Shown here: in pieces, positions 1-11,820 of the stretch
Layout of the letters: each line of letters opens with the position of its first letter
Position numbering within the stretch: the stretch's first letter is position 1
Position numbers and translations under genes: made by a program
Assembly: GCA_035532495.1 (NCBI GenBank)
Contig: DATKQX010000082.1
Location: forward strand, 4,399-68,398
Reading direction: 5' to 3'
From: Candidatus Saccharimonadales bacterium
Lineage (GTDB): Bacteria; Chloroflexota; Dormibacteria; Aeolococcales; Aeolococcaceae
Length of the DNA: 64,000 nt
The notes under the pieces: generated by a model
Database searches by the model: none
Told to the model about the DNA's origin: nothing
Seen by the model: the letters and a program-made list of their open reading frames with translations, nothing else

Positions 1-655
1 GCAGTGGGTGCGCGGCCCGCTCGGCTGCGGTGGCGCCTGCCTCCTCGAGGGACGCGTCAATCCGGAGCAGGTCGTCAGCGAGGATGCGCACAGCAGCGCG
101 GATGAGGGTGGCGACGTCACCCGCGTGCACAGGTTCCCACCCGGCGTCGGCGGCGATCGGCGGTACCTCGGCAGCGTAACGGACGTCGTCGGGCGCTCCC
201 GCCTGGTACGCCGTGGCCCAGACGTCGCACGCGAGCGACTCCTCGTGGCGCAGGCGCGCTGCAAGGCGCCGGAGGGAGTCGAGCTCGTCGTCGGGGACGT
301 TCATGCGCTCGACGAGCCGAAGCACGAGGAGGCGTTGATATCTGGCCACCCAATGCCGTGACACTCCGGCGGTGAGCAGCCGGGAAAGGCGGACATGGGC
401 GATGCTCACGCGGCGGAGCGACGTCCCTTCAGCGCTCGGGACGAGCACCTCGACGTCGCGGCCGACCTCCCAGACCCCGCCGAGGAGACGGATGATCGAA
501 GTTGGTCGCCAGACTCCCGCGCCTTCGTCCCACCAGTCGACGGGCACGTCGCAGAACGCACGCTCGCAGGTGGTCGTGAGCAGGGCCTGATGCAGATCCT
601 CGCGGGTGCGAGTGGCGAGGACCGACCAGCCGGAGGGGAGTGTTGTGGATGCCAT
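1..655 (-). CDS. hypothetical protein, N-terminal ~218 aa only (gene runs off the left edge)
   Basis: My hand translation of the minus strand from ATG 655-653 (MASTTLPSGWSVLATRTREDLHQALL...) stays open to position 1 and has strong G/C third-position bias. It is absent from the supplied track because there is no stop inside the window. No family recognised. Confidence 0.55.
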   Translation of the reverse strand, partial: MASTTLPSGWSVLATRTREDLHQALLTTTCERAFCDVPVDWWDEGAGVWRPTSIIRLLGGVWEVGRDVEVLVPSAEGTSLRRVSIAHVRLSRLLTAGVSRHWVARYQRLLVLRLVERMNVPDDELDSLRRLAARLRHEESLACDVWATAYQAGAPDDVRYAAEVPPIAADAGWEPVHAGDVATLIRAAVRILADDLLRIDASLEEAGATAAERAAHPL

Positions 656-792
656 TCAGAATGTTGCTGAGACGTTGAGTGGGGCAGTTGCCGAGAGTGG
701 CGCGGCGCCGGAAGTTGGCGTGCAGTATGCCCCCGATTCGGCGATTGCGGTGTACGGTTGCGCACTTACGCGCGCTTGTCCCCTCCGGAAGG

Positions 793-1233
793 CTAGGAAA
801 CCGTCGGCGGCGGGACTCCGCCGGCCGCCCACCAGGGGCCGACCTCACCGCTCCATTCGCGGTCTCGATGGTGCGCGCGCACCACCGTCTTGATGTTGCC
901 CCGGACGTTGAAATCGCCAACCACCTCGCAGTACCGCGGAGCAAGCAATCCGACGAGGTCGTCGAGCACGACGTTGACGACATCCTCGTGATAGACGTTG
1001 CGGTCGCGGAAGCCGTTGATGTACAGCTTCATCGATTTCAACTCGACGCAGCGCGGGCCCGGCACGTAGCGGATGTGCAGCGTCGCGAAATCGGGGAACC
1101 CTGAGATCGGGCACAGGCACGTGAATTCGGGGATGGTGAACTGGATCGTGTACTCGCGGTCGCGCGTGCGGTTGTCGAACGCCACGAGCCTCGCCTCGCG
1201 GATCGCGCGCGTCCCGTGGAGCTCCTCGCTCAC
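793..1233 (-). CDS. queF: NADPH-dependent 7-cyano-7-deazaguanine (preQ0) reductase, type I QueF
   Basis: The 146-aa ORF carries the QueF core ([23 protein letters not shown]...[20 protein letters not shown]). Its GTG start overlaps the upstream gene's stop (GTGA, 1230-1233). Confidence 0.85.
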   Translation of the reverse strand: MSEELHGTRAIREARLVAFDNRTRDREYTIQFTIPEFTCLCPISGFPDFATLHIRYVPGPRCVELKSMKLYINGFRDRNVYHEDVVNVVLDDLVGLLAPRYCEVVGDFNVRGNIKTVVRAHHRDREWSGEVGPWWAAGGVPPPTVS

Positions 1234-1964
1234 GACTGCGCCCCGCGCACCAGCGAGCGCAACGCGGCAAGCGGGATGGGCGCGAACTTCGTGTCCCGGT
1301 CATATGTATCGACGCCCTCGACCCGCTTGAGCACGGTCACGATCGCGTAGGTGATCGGGGTCGCGATGACCTCGTAGAGCACTTTCACGACCCACACGTC
1401 GCGAATGATGACGATGAGCAACGTCAAGGGCTGCGTCCCCGCGAACGCGAGGGAGATGAAGACGATGCTGTCGACGCCCTGGCCGATCAGCGTCGAGCCG
1501 ATCGTGCGCATCCAGAGCAGCCGGCCGCGGGTTGCGACCTTGAGGCGGGCAAGCACGAAGGCGTTGAGGAACTCGCCGAGCAGGTAGGCGACCAGCGACG
1601 CTGCGACCAACCGCGGCGTGGAGCCGAGGATGCGCGCGTATGCCGCCTGGTCGGTGTAGTGAGTATCGGCCGGAATCGCGATCGCCGCGGCGATGAAGAG
1701 CACCACGACGATGTTGGCGAGGAAGCCGGTCCAGATCACCATGCGCGCAACGCGGTATCCCCACACCTCGGTGAGCACGTCGCCGAAGAGATATGCGAGC
1801 GGGAAGATCACGATCGCCGCCGGAACCGAGAACGGACCAACCGCCGCGATCTTCACGGCAATGATGTTTGACGCGACCAGCGCCGCCACGAAGAGCGCCG
1901 AGACCATGAGGAGCAGCGGGCTCGGGGTGCGGACGGGCGGGTGCTCGGTCATGAGGAGCCGCAC
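1230..1964 (-). CDS. yhhQ: queuosine-precursor transporter, YhhQ/DUF165 (VUT) family
   Basis: Polytopic membrane ORF with the YhhQ-like stretch [17 protein letters not shown]. It is coupled to queF. The start could be ATG 1964 or ATG 1952 (MTEHPP...). Confidence 0.75.
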   Translation of the reverse strand: MRLLMTEHPPVRTPSPLLLMVSALFVAALVASNIIAVKIAAVGPFSVPAAIVIFPLAYLFGDVLTEVWGYRVARMVIWTGFLANIVVVLFIAAAIAIPADTHYTDQAAYARILGSTPRLVAASLVAYLLGEFLNAFVLARLKVATRGRLLWMRTIGSTLIGQGVDSIVFISLAFAGTQPLTLLIVIIRDVWVVKVLYEVIATPITYAIVTVLKRVEGVDTYDRDTKFAPIPLAALRSLVRGAQS

Positions 1965-2865
1965 AGCGTAGAAGATCTCCTCGTGAGCAGACGCGGGCTG
2001 GCGCTTTTCATCGCGATGTGCGTGATCTGGGGCATTCCGTATCTGCTCATCAAGGTGACGCTCAGAGGCCTCGGCCCGGTCGACCTCGTGTTCGTGCGTT
2101 TCCTGCTCGGCGCCCTGCTGCTGGTGCCGATCGCGCTCACCCGTGTGCAGGTCCGGCCGATCCTGCGGCGTTGGGGCTGGATCGTGGCCTACACGATCAT
2201 CGAGATGGGTATCCCGTGGGTGTTGCTCTCCGACGCGGAGTTGCGTATCTCGAGCTCGCTGTCCGGGTTGCTCGTCTCAACGGTACCGCTGATCGGCGTC
2301 GTCATCGGCGTGGCGACTCGAAGCGGTGAGCGGCATGGCTGGCGACGCATCCTCGGACTGTGCATCGGTCTCGTCGGGGTCGGCGTGCTCGTCGGTTTCA
2401 ACGTGTCCTCCTCCACCTTCGGCGCCATCGGCGAGGTCATCATCGTCGCGATCTGCTACGCGACCGGACCGTACATCATCAACCGGAAGTTGAGCGACCT
2501 GCCGGCGCTCGGCGTCATCGCCGGCTCACTGCTCCTCGCCGCTGTCGCCTACGCGCCCGCCGCCCTGGTCCAGCTGCCGCACGCGTGGCCGTCGGGCGAG
2601 GTCATCGCGGCGGCCCTGGCGCTGGGCGTCGTCTGCACCGCCATCGCGTTCCTCGTCTTCTTCGCGCTCATCGCCGAGGTCGGCCCTGTGCGGGCGACCG
2701 TGATCACATATGTCAACCCGGCCGTGGCGGTGACCCTCGGCGTTCTGCTCCTCCATGAGCCGCTGACGGGTGGGATCGCGGTGGGGTTCGCGCTCATCCT
2801 CGCCGGCTCGGTGCTCGCGGCTCGCGCCGCTCCGCAGCCGAGCGAAAGCGCGGACCTGACCCGGA

Positions 2866-5502
<2,637 letters not shown>

Positions 5503-5544
5503 GAATCCTTAATACCACCGCCCACGTACGGCTAACCTTGCGCG

Positions 5545-6282
5545 ATGCGACTCACCGTTCTCGGCAGCGGCAGCGCCTTCAGCAGCTGCGGGTGCAACGC
5601 CGGCTACCTCGTTGACGGGCGTGTGCTCGTCGACTGCGGGGCGCCCGTGGCGGCGGTGGTCCGGCGGGCGGAAGCCTCGATCCACGACGTCAGGCTCGTC
5701 CTGATCACGCACTTTCACGCCGACCACACGTTCATGCTCCCCACGGTGCTCGGCGCCCGCGCATATGCGGACACCCCCACACCGGAACCGCTCGTCATCG
5801 CCGGACCCGTGGGAACGCGCGAGTACGTGACCCGGCTGCTTGCGACTGGATACGGCACGCACGTGCTCGGGACCGTCGCGGCCAACGTGCACCTCGAGTA
5901 TGTCGTGCTCCAGGACGGGAGCGACGTCGAGCTCGCCGGGTACCGCGTGCGTTCGCATGCGGTCACGCACAGCATCGGCCCGTCGCTCGCGTACCAGTTG
6001 ACGGACGCCTCCGGCGTGACGATCGGCTTCTCCGGAGACAGCGCTCTCTGCGCCGGCCTGCGCCGCTCCATCGCGGGGTGCCGGCTCTACGTCTGTGAGT
6101 GCACGGGCTGGGACGGACCTGCCGAGGGAGGACACCTCTGGCGCGACGAGGTCGCCGGGCTGATGACCGAGTACCCCGCGACGACATTTCTGCTCAGCCA
6201 CCTCGCCGCCCGGGTGGCGATCCCGGGAGCGCTCGTCGCGCACGACCTGCTCAGCCTGGAGATCTCCCCAGACGCGGCCTAG
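5545..6282 (+). CDS. MBL-fold metallo-hydrolase (RNase Z/BN-like)
   Basis: 245 aa with the HxHxDH motif (LITHFHADHTF) and the typical N-terminus MRLTVLGSGSAF. Confidence 0.75.
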   Translation: MRLTVLGSGSAFSSCGCNAGYLVDGRVLVDCGAPVAAVVRRAEASIHDVRLVLITHFHADHTFMLPTVLGARAYADTPTPEPLVIAGPVGTREYVTRLLATGYGTHVLGTVAANVHLEYVVLQDGSDVELAGYRVRSHAVTHSIGPSLAYQLTDASGVTIGFSGDSALCAGLRRSIAGCRLYVCECTGWDGPAEGGHLWRDEVAGLMTEYPATTFLLSHLAARVAIPGALVAHDLLSLEISPDAA

Positions 6283-8557
6283 CCGCAAAGAGCGCGCGCC
6301 GCCACGTGTGCAGCGCCACTGCGCGCTCCTGCAACGACGCCCCCTCAGGGCTGAACTCTGCGCGTGCGGTCACCGCCGCAAGCTGGCTCAGCGCGTCCCC
6401 GGCACGGGGACGTGCCTTCGCCAACCGCGCCGCGTAGGCACGGTGGGTCTCGGCTCGTCGCCGGTCCATACCCGACATGACGCCGAGGGCTTCGACGCGA
6501 CGCCAGGCCCCGTTGAGCGACCGAGGCAGCGCCAGCCAGAGGAGCGCGGCAACGATCAGGACGAGCGCCCCACCGAGAACGGCGAGCGCTCCGATCACGG
6601 GTGCGGGAATCCCCGGGCGGCTCGTGGGGGTGTTGGTGGCGCCGGGGTCACCGCCGCCGAAGCCGCGCGCCGGCGTCGGGGTGCCCCTGAGGACCGGCGA
6701 GGCGGACGGGATTGGGGGGCCGGAGACCGCTTGCGTGCCGCGCGGCGGGGTCTCGTAGTCGCCCTGTGCCGACGGCGGCGTGGGCTCGAATGGGATCCAT
6801 CCGTACCCTGGAAAGTAGGCCTCGACCCAGCTGTGCGCATCGCTCGTGCTCACCGTCTGCTCCCGCAGCCCCTGGCGTCCGCTCTGGGCCCGCGTCGTGC
6901 CGGGGCCGTAGCCGCTCACGAGCCGGGTCGGGATGCCGAGCGTCCGGAGCATCGTGCCCATCGCCGACGCGAAGTACTGGCAGTACCCGCGGTGGCTGAC
7001 GGTGAGGAAGTACACGACGGGCCAGGTCGATTGGGGCACCGCAGGCGGAGTGAGGGTGTACTGGAAAAAGGCCGGATTGCGAAGATGGTTCTGGATCGCC
7101 GTCGCCTCGTCGAACGGATTGGTCTGGCCGGACGTCCACTGCTTCGCGAGATTGGCAATGGTCGCGATGCTGTGGCTGCCGTCGTCCTTGGTCTCGGTGT
7201 ACGGCGAGGTCCACGACGGGTAATTCAGACCGGCGTTCTCGAGCTGGGTCGCGGTCGCCGTGGAGACGAGCGACGTCGACTGCACCGTCGTGCCGTTGAG
7301 GATGTCCTGGCCGAGCTGGACGTCGTCGACGGACAGGAGCAGATCCGGAGCCGTCGGTGCGACGGCACCGTATGCGGTCCCCGGAAGGTTCACCGCGTAG
7401 GGATCGCCTGCAAACGGCACGAGCGGTTGCTGGCCGGTGGCGCCTTTCTGCATCACGATGGTCGCCTGCACCTGCTGTTGGTCAGCGCCGACGCCACCGT
7501 GGGCCGGATCGGTGTCACGGGGCAACGGCCCACCCGAGAAGGGCACGTCGTTCCACGTGTTCGACGTCGGGCCGTTGATGCCCGTCTGCGGAAACCAGCT
7601 GCCGTCGACGAACTGCGTGTCGTCCTCGACGCGGATGTACGCCGGCACATTGTTGGTCGTCGTGTATGTCAGCTCGAGGTGCGGCTTGCTCACCAGCGGA
7701 CCACCGAGCTCGACCGACGGGTTGAAGCCGATGGTCGCGACGCCGCCGCCGGGCTGGCTACCGCCCTTCCCGGAGTTGCCGATGCCGGCACGCGGGAACA
7801 GACGCGACGAGATATCGGTGTTCGTCAACGGCGGAACGAGCAGCGCGACCACGGTGAGGCCGACAGCCACTGCCGCGGCGCTGCTCCCGAACCGAACGCG
7901 CATCCCTCCGATCGGCGTGATCCGCGCCGCCACCCAGCGGTCGCCGAGCGCACCGAGGTACGCCGCCGCGATGACAGCGAGCGACAGGACGACCGCGACC
8001 GTTTCCGGGAAGGCAATCGGATCCGGGTCCTTCGCGTTGACGACATTGGTGGCAAGAACGGAGAAGACCGGGATGACCGCGAGCACGCCGCGGTGCTCTC
8101 GGAGCGCCACCCAGCCGAGCCAGTATCCGCAGAGGAAGAGGATGGCGCACAGGCCGACGGTGAATTCCCAGTCGGTGGATGCGGCCAGCCCCGTGACGAG
8201 TGCGCGAACGTAGTGCCCGGCGATCGAGCCCACGGTCTGTCCTGCGACCGGTGGCATCGCCGCAAGCGTTGTGGGAACGATCGCGGCGAGCCCGAGAAAC
8301 GGTCCCGCGATGGCAGCCGCGATGCGCGGGGCACGCGCCTGCGCCAGCAGCGCAGCCTCCACCACCGACGTCACGGCCACGACCGCAGCGCCACCGCCGC
8401 CATTCACCCAGCCCGCGGCGAGCACCGCCCACGCGGTCGCGGCGATCAGGGCGACACAGAGCGCCGCGCCGATCTCGAAGGTGTAGTTCCTGATCGGCTC
8501 GGGTTTGGGGTGCGCGCGGTCACGGAGTTGAACGCTACGGTCGACCCAGACTTCCAT
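6251..8557 (-). CDS. transglutaminase-domain membrane protein (TgpA-like)
   Basis: Multi-TM N-terminal half, then the transglutaminase core (GYCQYFASAMGTMLRTLGIPTRLVSGY...DAHSWVEAYFPGYGWIPFEPTP). I place the start at ATG 8557 (MEVWVDRS...), 4 nt after the DUF58 stop. The 172-aa Ser/Arg-rich extension in the track ORF is unlikely to be real. Confidence 0.85.
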   Translation of the reverse strand: MEVWVDRSVQLRDRAHPKPEPIRNYTFEIGAALCVALIAATAWAVLAAGWVNGGGGAAVVAVTSVVEAALLAQARAPRIAAAIAGPFLGLAAIVPTTLAAMPPVAGQTVGSIAGHYVRALVTGLAASTDWEFTVGLCAILFLCGYWLGWVALREHRGVLAVIPVFSVLATNVVNAKDPDPIAFPETVAVVLSLAVIAAAYLGALGDRWVAARITPIGGMRVRFGSSAAAVAVGLTVVALLVPPLTNTDISSRLFPRAGIGNSGKGGSQPGGGVATIGFNPSVELGGPLVSKPHLELTYTTTNNVPAYIRVEDDTQFVDGSWFPQTGINGPTSNTWNDVPFSGGPLPRDTDPAHGGVGADQQQVQATIVMQKGATGQQPLVPFAGDPYAVNLPGTAYGAVAPTAPDLLLSVDDVQLGQDILNGTTVQSTSLVSTATATQLENAGLNYPSWTSPYTETKDDGSHSIATIANLAKQWTSGQTNPFDEATAIQNHLRNPAFFQYTLTPPAVPQSTWPVVYFLTVSHRGYCQYFASAMGTMLRTLGIPTRLVSGYGPGTTRAQSGRQGLREQTVSTSDAHSWVEAYFPGYGWIPFEPTPPSAQGDYETPPRGTQAVSGPPIPSASPVLRGTPTPARGFGGGDPGATNTPTSRPGIPAPVIGALAVLGGALVLIVAALLWLALPRSLNGAWRRVEALGVMSGMDRRRAETHRAYAARLAKARPRAGDALSQLAAVTARAEFSPEGASLQERAVALHTWRRALFAARPRLGRSPG

Positions 8558-8561
8558 CGAA

Positions 8562-9755
8562 TCAGCCGGTTGCCGACGAGCGTTCGCCGGTGCCGAGCAC
8601 GTCGCCGCGGCGGACGACCCACCAGTCCAGCGCGAGCCGCCAGGCGGCGGGGATGCGAAGGGCCTGTCCCTTGGCGCCGAACGACGTCGGCTCGACGAAG
8701 ATGCACAGGTGGCGCTGACCGCGGGTCGCGCTGTCGACGAGCGCCTCAACCCATTCGCTCGACCGGTTGGCCGTGATGACGACCATACCGCCGCGGCCCC
8801 GCCAACCCTCGCCGTGCCGGGTGATCGTCTCGGCGAGGCTGCGCACACCGTCGTCGGTGGCAAGCGCCAGGTAGTCGAGAATTCGGAGCCGCTGTACCTC
8901 GCCGCGTCCGGCGCCGAAACCTGTGCCGCCCTTGCCGTTGGTGACCATTCCGACGGCCTGGCCGCGACGGATGGCGCCGTGCACGACCGAGGCGCAGATC
9001 GAGACCGCGTACTCGACCGACGACTCGATCCCGCTGCCGGCGTGGATGCCGCGCTGAAGGTCGAGAACGACAAGGAGATCCGCGCTCTGGCCGGTGTCGA
9101 ATGTGCGACTGATCAACCGTCCGGTGCGCGCAGTGGATGCCCAGTGAATCCTGCTCAGCCCGTCGGTCGGCGCGTAATCGCGAATCGTCGAGACGTCCGG
9201 AGGCACGTCGACCGGCTGGCCACGACGGGCCTCGGCGACGCCGTTGCCGCTCCACTGCGGCACCACCTGGAGAAGGGCATGGAGCGCCGGATAGACGATG
9301 ACCTCGTTCTCCGGGGCCACCCGGATCCGTTTCGGGAACAGCCCGAACGGGTCGCCGAGGCGCGCCTCGAGCGGCCCGAAGTGATGGATGCCGCGAAGGT
9401 TGAACGCGCCTCGGGCCGTCCACGTGACGCTGCCATTCGCCGCCAGTGAGAAGGCTCGGCCGGGAGCGTAGCCGGGAAGCTTCGTGCCGTCGCGCACCTC
9501 GCAGTACGGGAGGCGCAGGCCGCTCGTGTTCTTGACGGTGAAGGTTTCCTCGAACGGCTCGCCCATCATGAACGACCCCTGCGGCGACTCACGGATGACA
9601 CGCAGCTTGCGCGCGAGGAGCCGCGACCAGACGTATGCGACCGCGAGCAGCAGGATGAGGACGTACGCCAACGTATATGCAAGGTGGATCCCCGTGATCC
9701 CTGCAAAAAAGGCCAGCACCGCGACACACGCGATCAGCGGTACCCGCGCGGTCAC
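8562..9755 (-). CDS. DUF58-domain protein (vWA-like partner of MoxR)
   Basis: 397 aa with an N-terminal TM hairpin and the DUF58 signature region (DYAPTDGLSRIHWASTARTGRLISRTF). It lies between moxR and the transglutaminase gene. Confidence 0.85.
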   Translation of the reverse strand: MTARVPLIACVAVLAFFAGITGIHLAYTLAYVLILLLAVAYVWSRLLARKLRVIRESPQGSFMMGEPFEETFTVKNTSGLRLPYCEVRDGTKLPGYAPGRAFSLAANGSVTWTARGAFNLRGIHHFGPLEARLGDPFGLFPKRIRVAPENEVIVYPALHALLQVVPQWSGNGVAEARRGQPVDVPPDVSTIRDYAPTDGLSRIHWASTARTGRLISRTFDTGQSADLLVVLDLQRGIHAGSGIESSVEYAVSICASVVHGAIRRGQAVGMVTNGKGGTGFGAGRGEVQRLRILDYLALATDDGVRSLAETITRHGEGWRGRGGMVVITANRSSEWVEALVDSATRGQRHLCIFVEPTSFGAKGQALRIPAAWRLALDWWVVRRGDVLGTGERSSATG

Positions 9756-9786
9756 GACGCGCCCACGGTGCGCACCGCGATCGCCG

Positions 9787-10743
9787 TCACGCCAGGCGCC
9801 GGCCCGTCATCGGCACGGACTCGGTCGCCAGGATCTCCTCGAGCACCGCTGCCGCGGTGAGCCCACGCAGCTCGGCGTTCGGACGCAGCACCACGCGATG
9901 CTCCAGCACGTTGGGCGCGATGTCCTTGATGTCGTCCGGCAGCACGAAGTCGCGGCCGCCGAGTGCCGCACGGGCCTGTCCCGCATGGAGCAGACCGAGC
10001 GTGCCGCGTGGCGAGGCTCCGAGCGACACGTCGCGGTGCTCCCGGGTGCGCCGGACGATGCGAACGCAGTAGTCCTTGAGGGTGGCATCGCAGTAGATGT
10101 CGCGGCAGACCTCCTGCGCCGCCTTGATCTCGACTGAGTCGGTCACCGCTTTGAGCGTCCCGAGCGGGCTCCCGGACTGGAATCGGTCGAGCATCGCCAC
10201 CTCCTCGTTCGCGGGCAGGTAGCCCAGCTTCAGCTTCAGGAGAAAGCGGTCGACCTGTGCTTCGGGAAGCGGGAATGTGCCGCCCAGTTCGATCGGGTTC
10301 TGCGTGGCGAGCACCATGAACGGATCGGGCAGTGGATGGCTGGTGCCGTCGACGGTGACCTGCCACTCCTCCATCGCCTCGAGCAATGCCGACTGCGTCT
10401 TCGGCGTCGCACGGTTGATCTCGTCAGCGAGCAGCACCTGGGCGAAGATCGGCCCGCGACGGAATTCGAACGTCTGCTGCTGCGGGTTGTAGACACTCAC
10501 GCCGGTCACGTCGCCGGGGAGCAGGTCCGGGGTGAACTGGACTCGCTCGAAACTGCAGCCGCTGCTGCGGGCGAGTGCCTTGGCGAGCAGGGTCTTGCCG
10601 GTACCCGGGACATCCTCGATGAGCAGGTGGCCCCGACAGAGGAGCCCGACAATACAGAGTTCGATCTCTGCTTCCTTCCCAACGATTACCGTCCCGAGGC
10701 TCTCCTGCAGACGCCGTGCCATTGCCTGGACGTCGACATTCAT
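9787..10743 (-). CDS. MoxR-family AAA+ ATPase
   Basis: 318 aa with Walker A GVPGTGKT, Walker B LLADEINRA and FTPDLLPGDVTG, all typical of MoxR. Confidence 0.9.
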   Translation of the reverse strand: MNVDVQAMARRLQESLGTVIVGKEAEIELCIVGLLCRGHLLIEDVPGTGKTLLAKALARSSGCSFERVQFTPDLLPGDVTGVSVYNPQQQTFEFRRGPIFAQVLLADEINRATPKTQSALLEAMEEWQVTVDGTSHPLPDPFMVLATQNPIELGGTFPLPEAQVDRFLLKLKLGYLPANEEVAMLDRFQSGSPLGTLKAVTDSVEIKAAQEVCRDIYCDATLKDYCVRIVRRTREHRDVSLGASPRGTLGLLHAGQARAALGGRDFVLPDDIKDIAPNVLEHRVVLRPNAELRGLTAAAVLEEILATESVPMTGRRLA

Positions 10744-10932
10744 GGTGAATCCTCGCGCTGTCTCTACCGGCTGGTGAGTGACTGTGAACTCGTCTGGAGT
10801 ATACGTTCGCCAGATACGCTCCCAGCATCACCCAGGAGGGTGATCCACACGCCTACCCCAAAGCGTTGTATAACTGCACCTACGAGGTCCACGTCTGGGT
10901 CTTCGCTGGTCGACGGTCTGGAGGAGGAGGAA

Positions 10933-11190
10933 TTGGCAGAGCGCGAGGAGGAGATCCTCACAACTGGCGAAGCGGCGGCACTCTGCGGTGTGTCCCGTTC
11001 GACGCTGCGCCGCGCCGTCGCTCAGGGGCATTTGCGCGCTTGGCACACGCCGGGGAAGCACCTCCGGTTCACACGCGCCGCATGCCTTGAGTTCGCCCAG
11101 TCGCTCGGCCGGGTAGATCTGATCGGGCAGTCATACCGCGAGGCTCCCGTCTCGGGCCAGCCCGCGCAGGCAGGGGCAGTCGGGGTCTAG
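10933..11190 (+). CDS. small helix-turn-helix DNA-binding protein (excisionase/MerR-like HTH)
   Basis: The C-terminal part of track ORF 10336-11190 reads LTTGEAAALCGVSRSTLRRAVAQGHLRAWHTPGKHLRF. Everything upstream is antisense to moxR. TTG 10933 follows a GGAGGAGGAGGA Shine-Dalgarno run. The start is uncertain (CTG 10906 is possible). Confidence 0.55.
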   Translation: MAEREEEILTTGEAAALCGVSRSTLRRAVAQGHLRAWHTPGKHLRFTRAACLEFAQSLGRVDLIGQSYREAPVSGQPAQAGAVGV

Positions 11191-11233
11191 AACCGAGCAT
11201 CTGCTGGCGAACTGATGCGTGCGCCAGCAGGCT

Positions 11234-11743
11234 TCAGCGTTTGCCGGAGAGCAGTCCGCCGACGGTGCCACCGAACAGTGCGAGCAGGTCGCCGCTGAAG
11301 ACGTTGCCCATGTCCATCGGGCCAAGGTCGATCAGGTGGTGGCTGTTGGTCGCCAGCGACGCCGCGATGATCGACGACTCCTGGAGGAGTTCGAAGAGGG
11401 CGCCGACGGCGATGAACCCGATCGCGACGACGATTCCCTGATACATCCCGGCACGCCCGGCGAGGCGTGCGGCGAGCCAGCCGCCGAAGATGACCGCCAG
11501 CAGCGTCGATACGCCGACGACGCCACCGTCGATCGTCCCCGCGGAGCCAAAGGCAGCGTTGGTGGCGATGAGGCCGACGTTGCTGAGGATCAGGAGGGTT
11601 GCCTCGCCGACGACGAGCCCGAGCAGGCAGTGCCGCCACGAGATCATGTGCTGGCCGCTCACCGCGACCGGAGCAGCGCTTGTGGGCCGCGAACTCGCGC
11701 GCGCCGGCTGACGACGCTTTGGAGAACGGGTCCCGGAGGCCAT
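11234..11743 (-). CDS. small Gly-rich integral membrane protein
   Basis: Four predicted helices with high GC3. I chose ATG 11743 (MASGTRSPKRRQ...), which lies 7 nt downstream of a TATACT -10-like box, so the transcript would be leaderless. No family recognised. Confidence 0.6.
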   Translation of the reverse strand: MASGTRSPKRRQPARASSRPTSAAPVAVSGQHMISWRHCLLGLVVGEATLLILSNVGLIATNAAFGSAGTIDGGVVGVSTLLAVIFGGWLAARLAGRAGMYQGIVVAIGFIAVGALFELLQESSIIAASLATNSHHLIDLGPMDMGNVFSGDLLALFGGTVGGLLSGKR

Positions 11744-11820
11744 CGCGTGGAGTATACGAATCTGTCGCCAGCCGGCAGCGGCCCGTCGCGGAGCCGGGAA
11801 GGCACCTACCCTGCGGTCGA

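Noticed and set aside
8-361. Track ORFs 8-361 (+) and 117-353 (-) at the left edge.
   Set aside because: Both lie opposite or out of frame to the open-ended minus-strand frame starting at ATG 655. That frame has better codon bias and a more protein-like sequence.
1953-2060. preQ1 riboswitch upstream of yhhQ/queF.
   Set aside because: The available non-coding space is only about 20-30 nt, and I could not see the conserved preQ1-I loop or A-rich tail on the minus strand. A covariance-model scan would be needed to be certain.
5503-5544. HspR/HAIR (CTTGAGT-N7-ACTCAAG) or CIRCE operator upstream of clpB.
   Set aside because: Neither motif is present in the 42-nt spacer or in the first 100 nt beyond it.
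6308-8776. Very long antisense ORFs. Examples are 6308-8776 (+), 4420-5535 (+), 20394-22208 (+), 38152-39624 (+), 45962-47716 (-), 50803-52020 (-), 52311-53507 (-) and 53592-54713 (-).
   Set aside because: Their products are Arg/Ala/Gly-rich with no motifs. They lie opposite ORFs with clear family signatures. This is a typical shadow-ORF artefact of high-GC DNA.
8558-9073. 172-aa Ser/Arg/Ala-rich N-terminal extension of the transglutaminase ORF.
   Set aside because: It overlaps the DUF58 gene on the same strand in another frame. ATG 8557 sits 4 nt after the DUF58 stop and begins a sensible membrane N-terminus.
6251-10743. MoxR-DUF58-transglutaminase operon considered as a novel system.
   Set aside because: This is a widespread, already described conserved gene triad. 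Nothing atypical was seen beyond the start-site correction.
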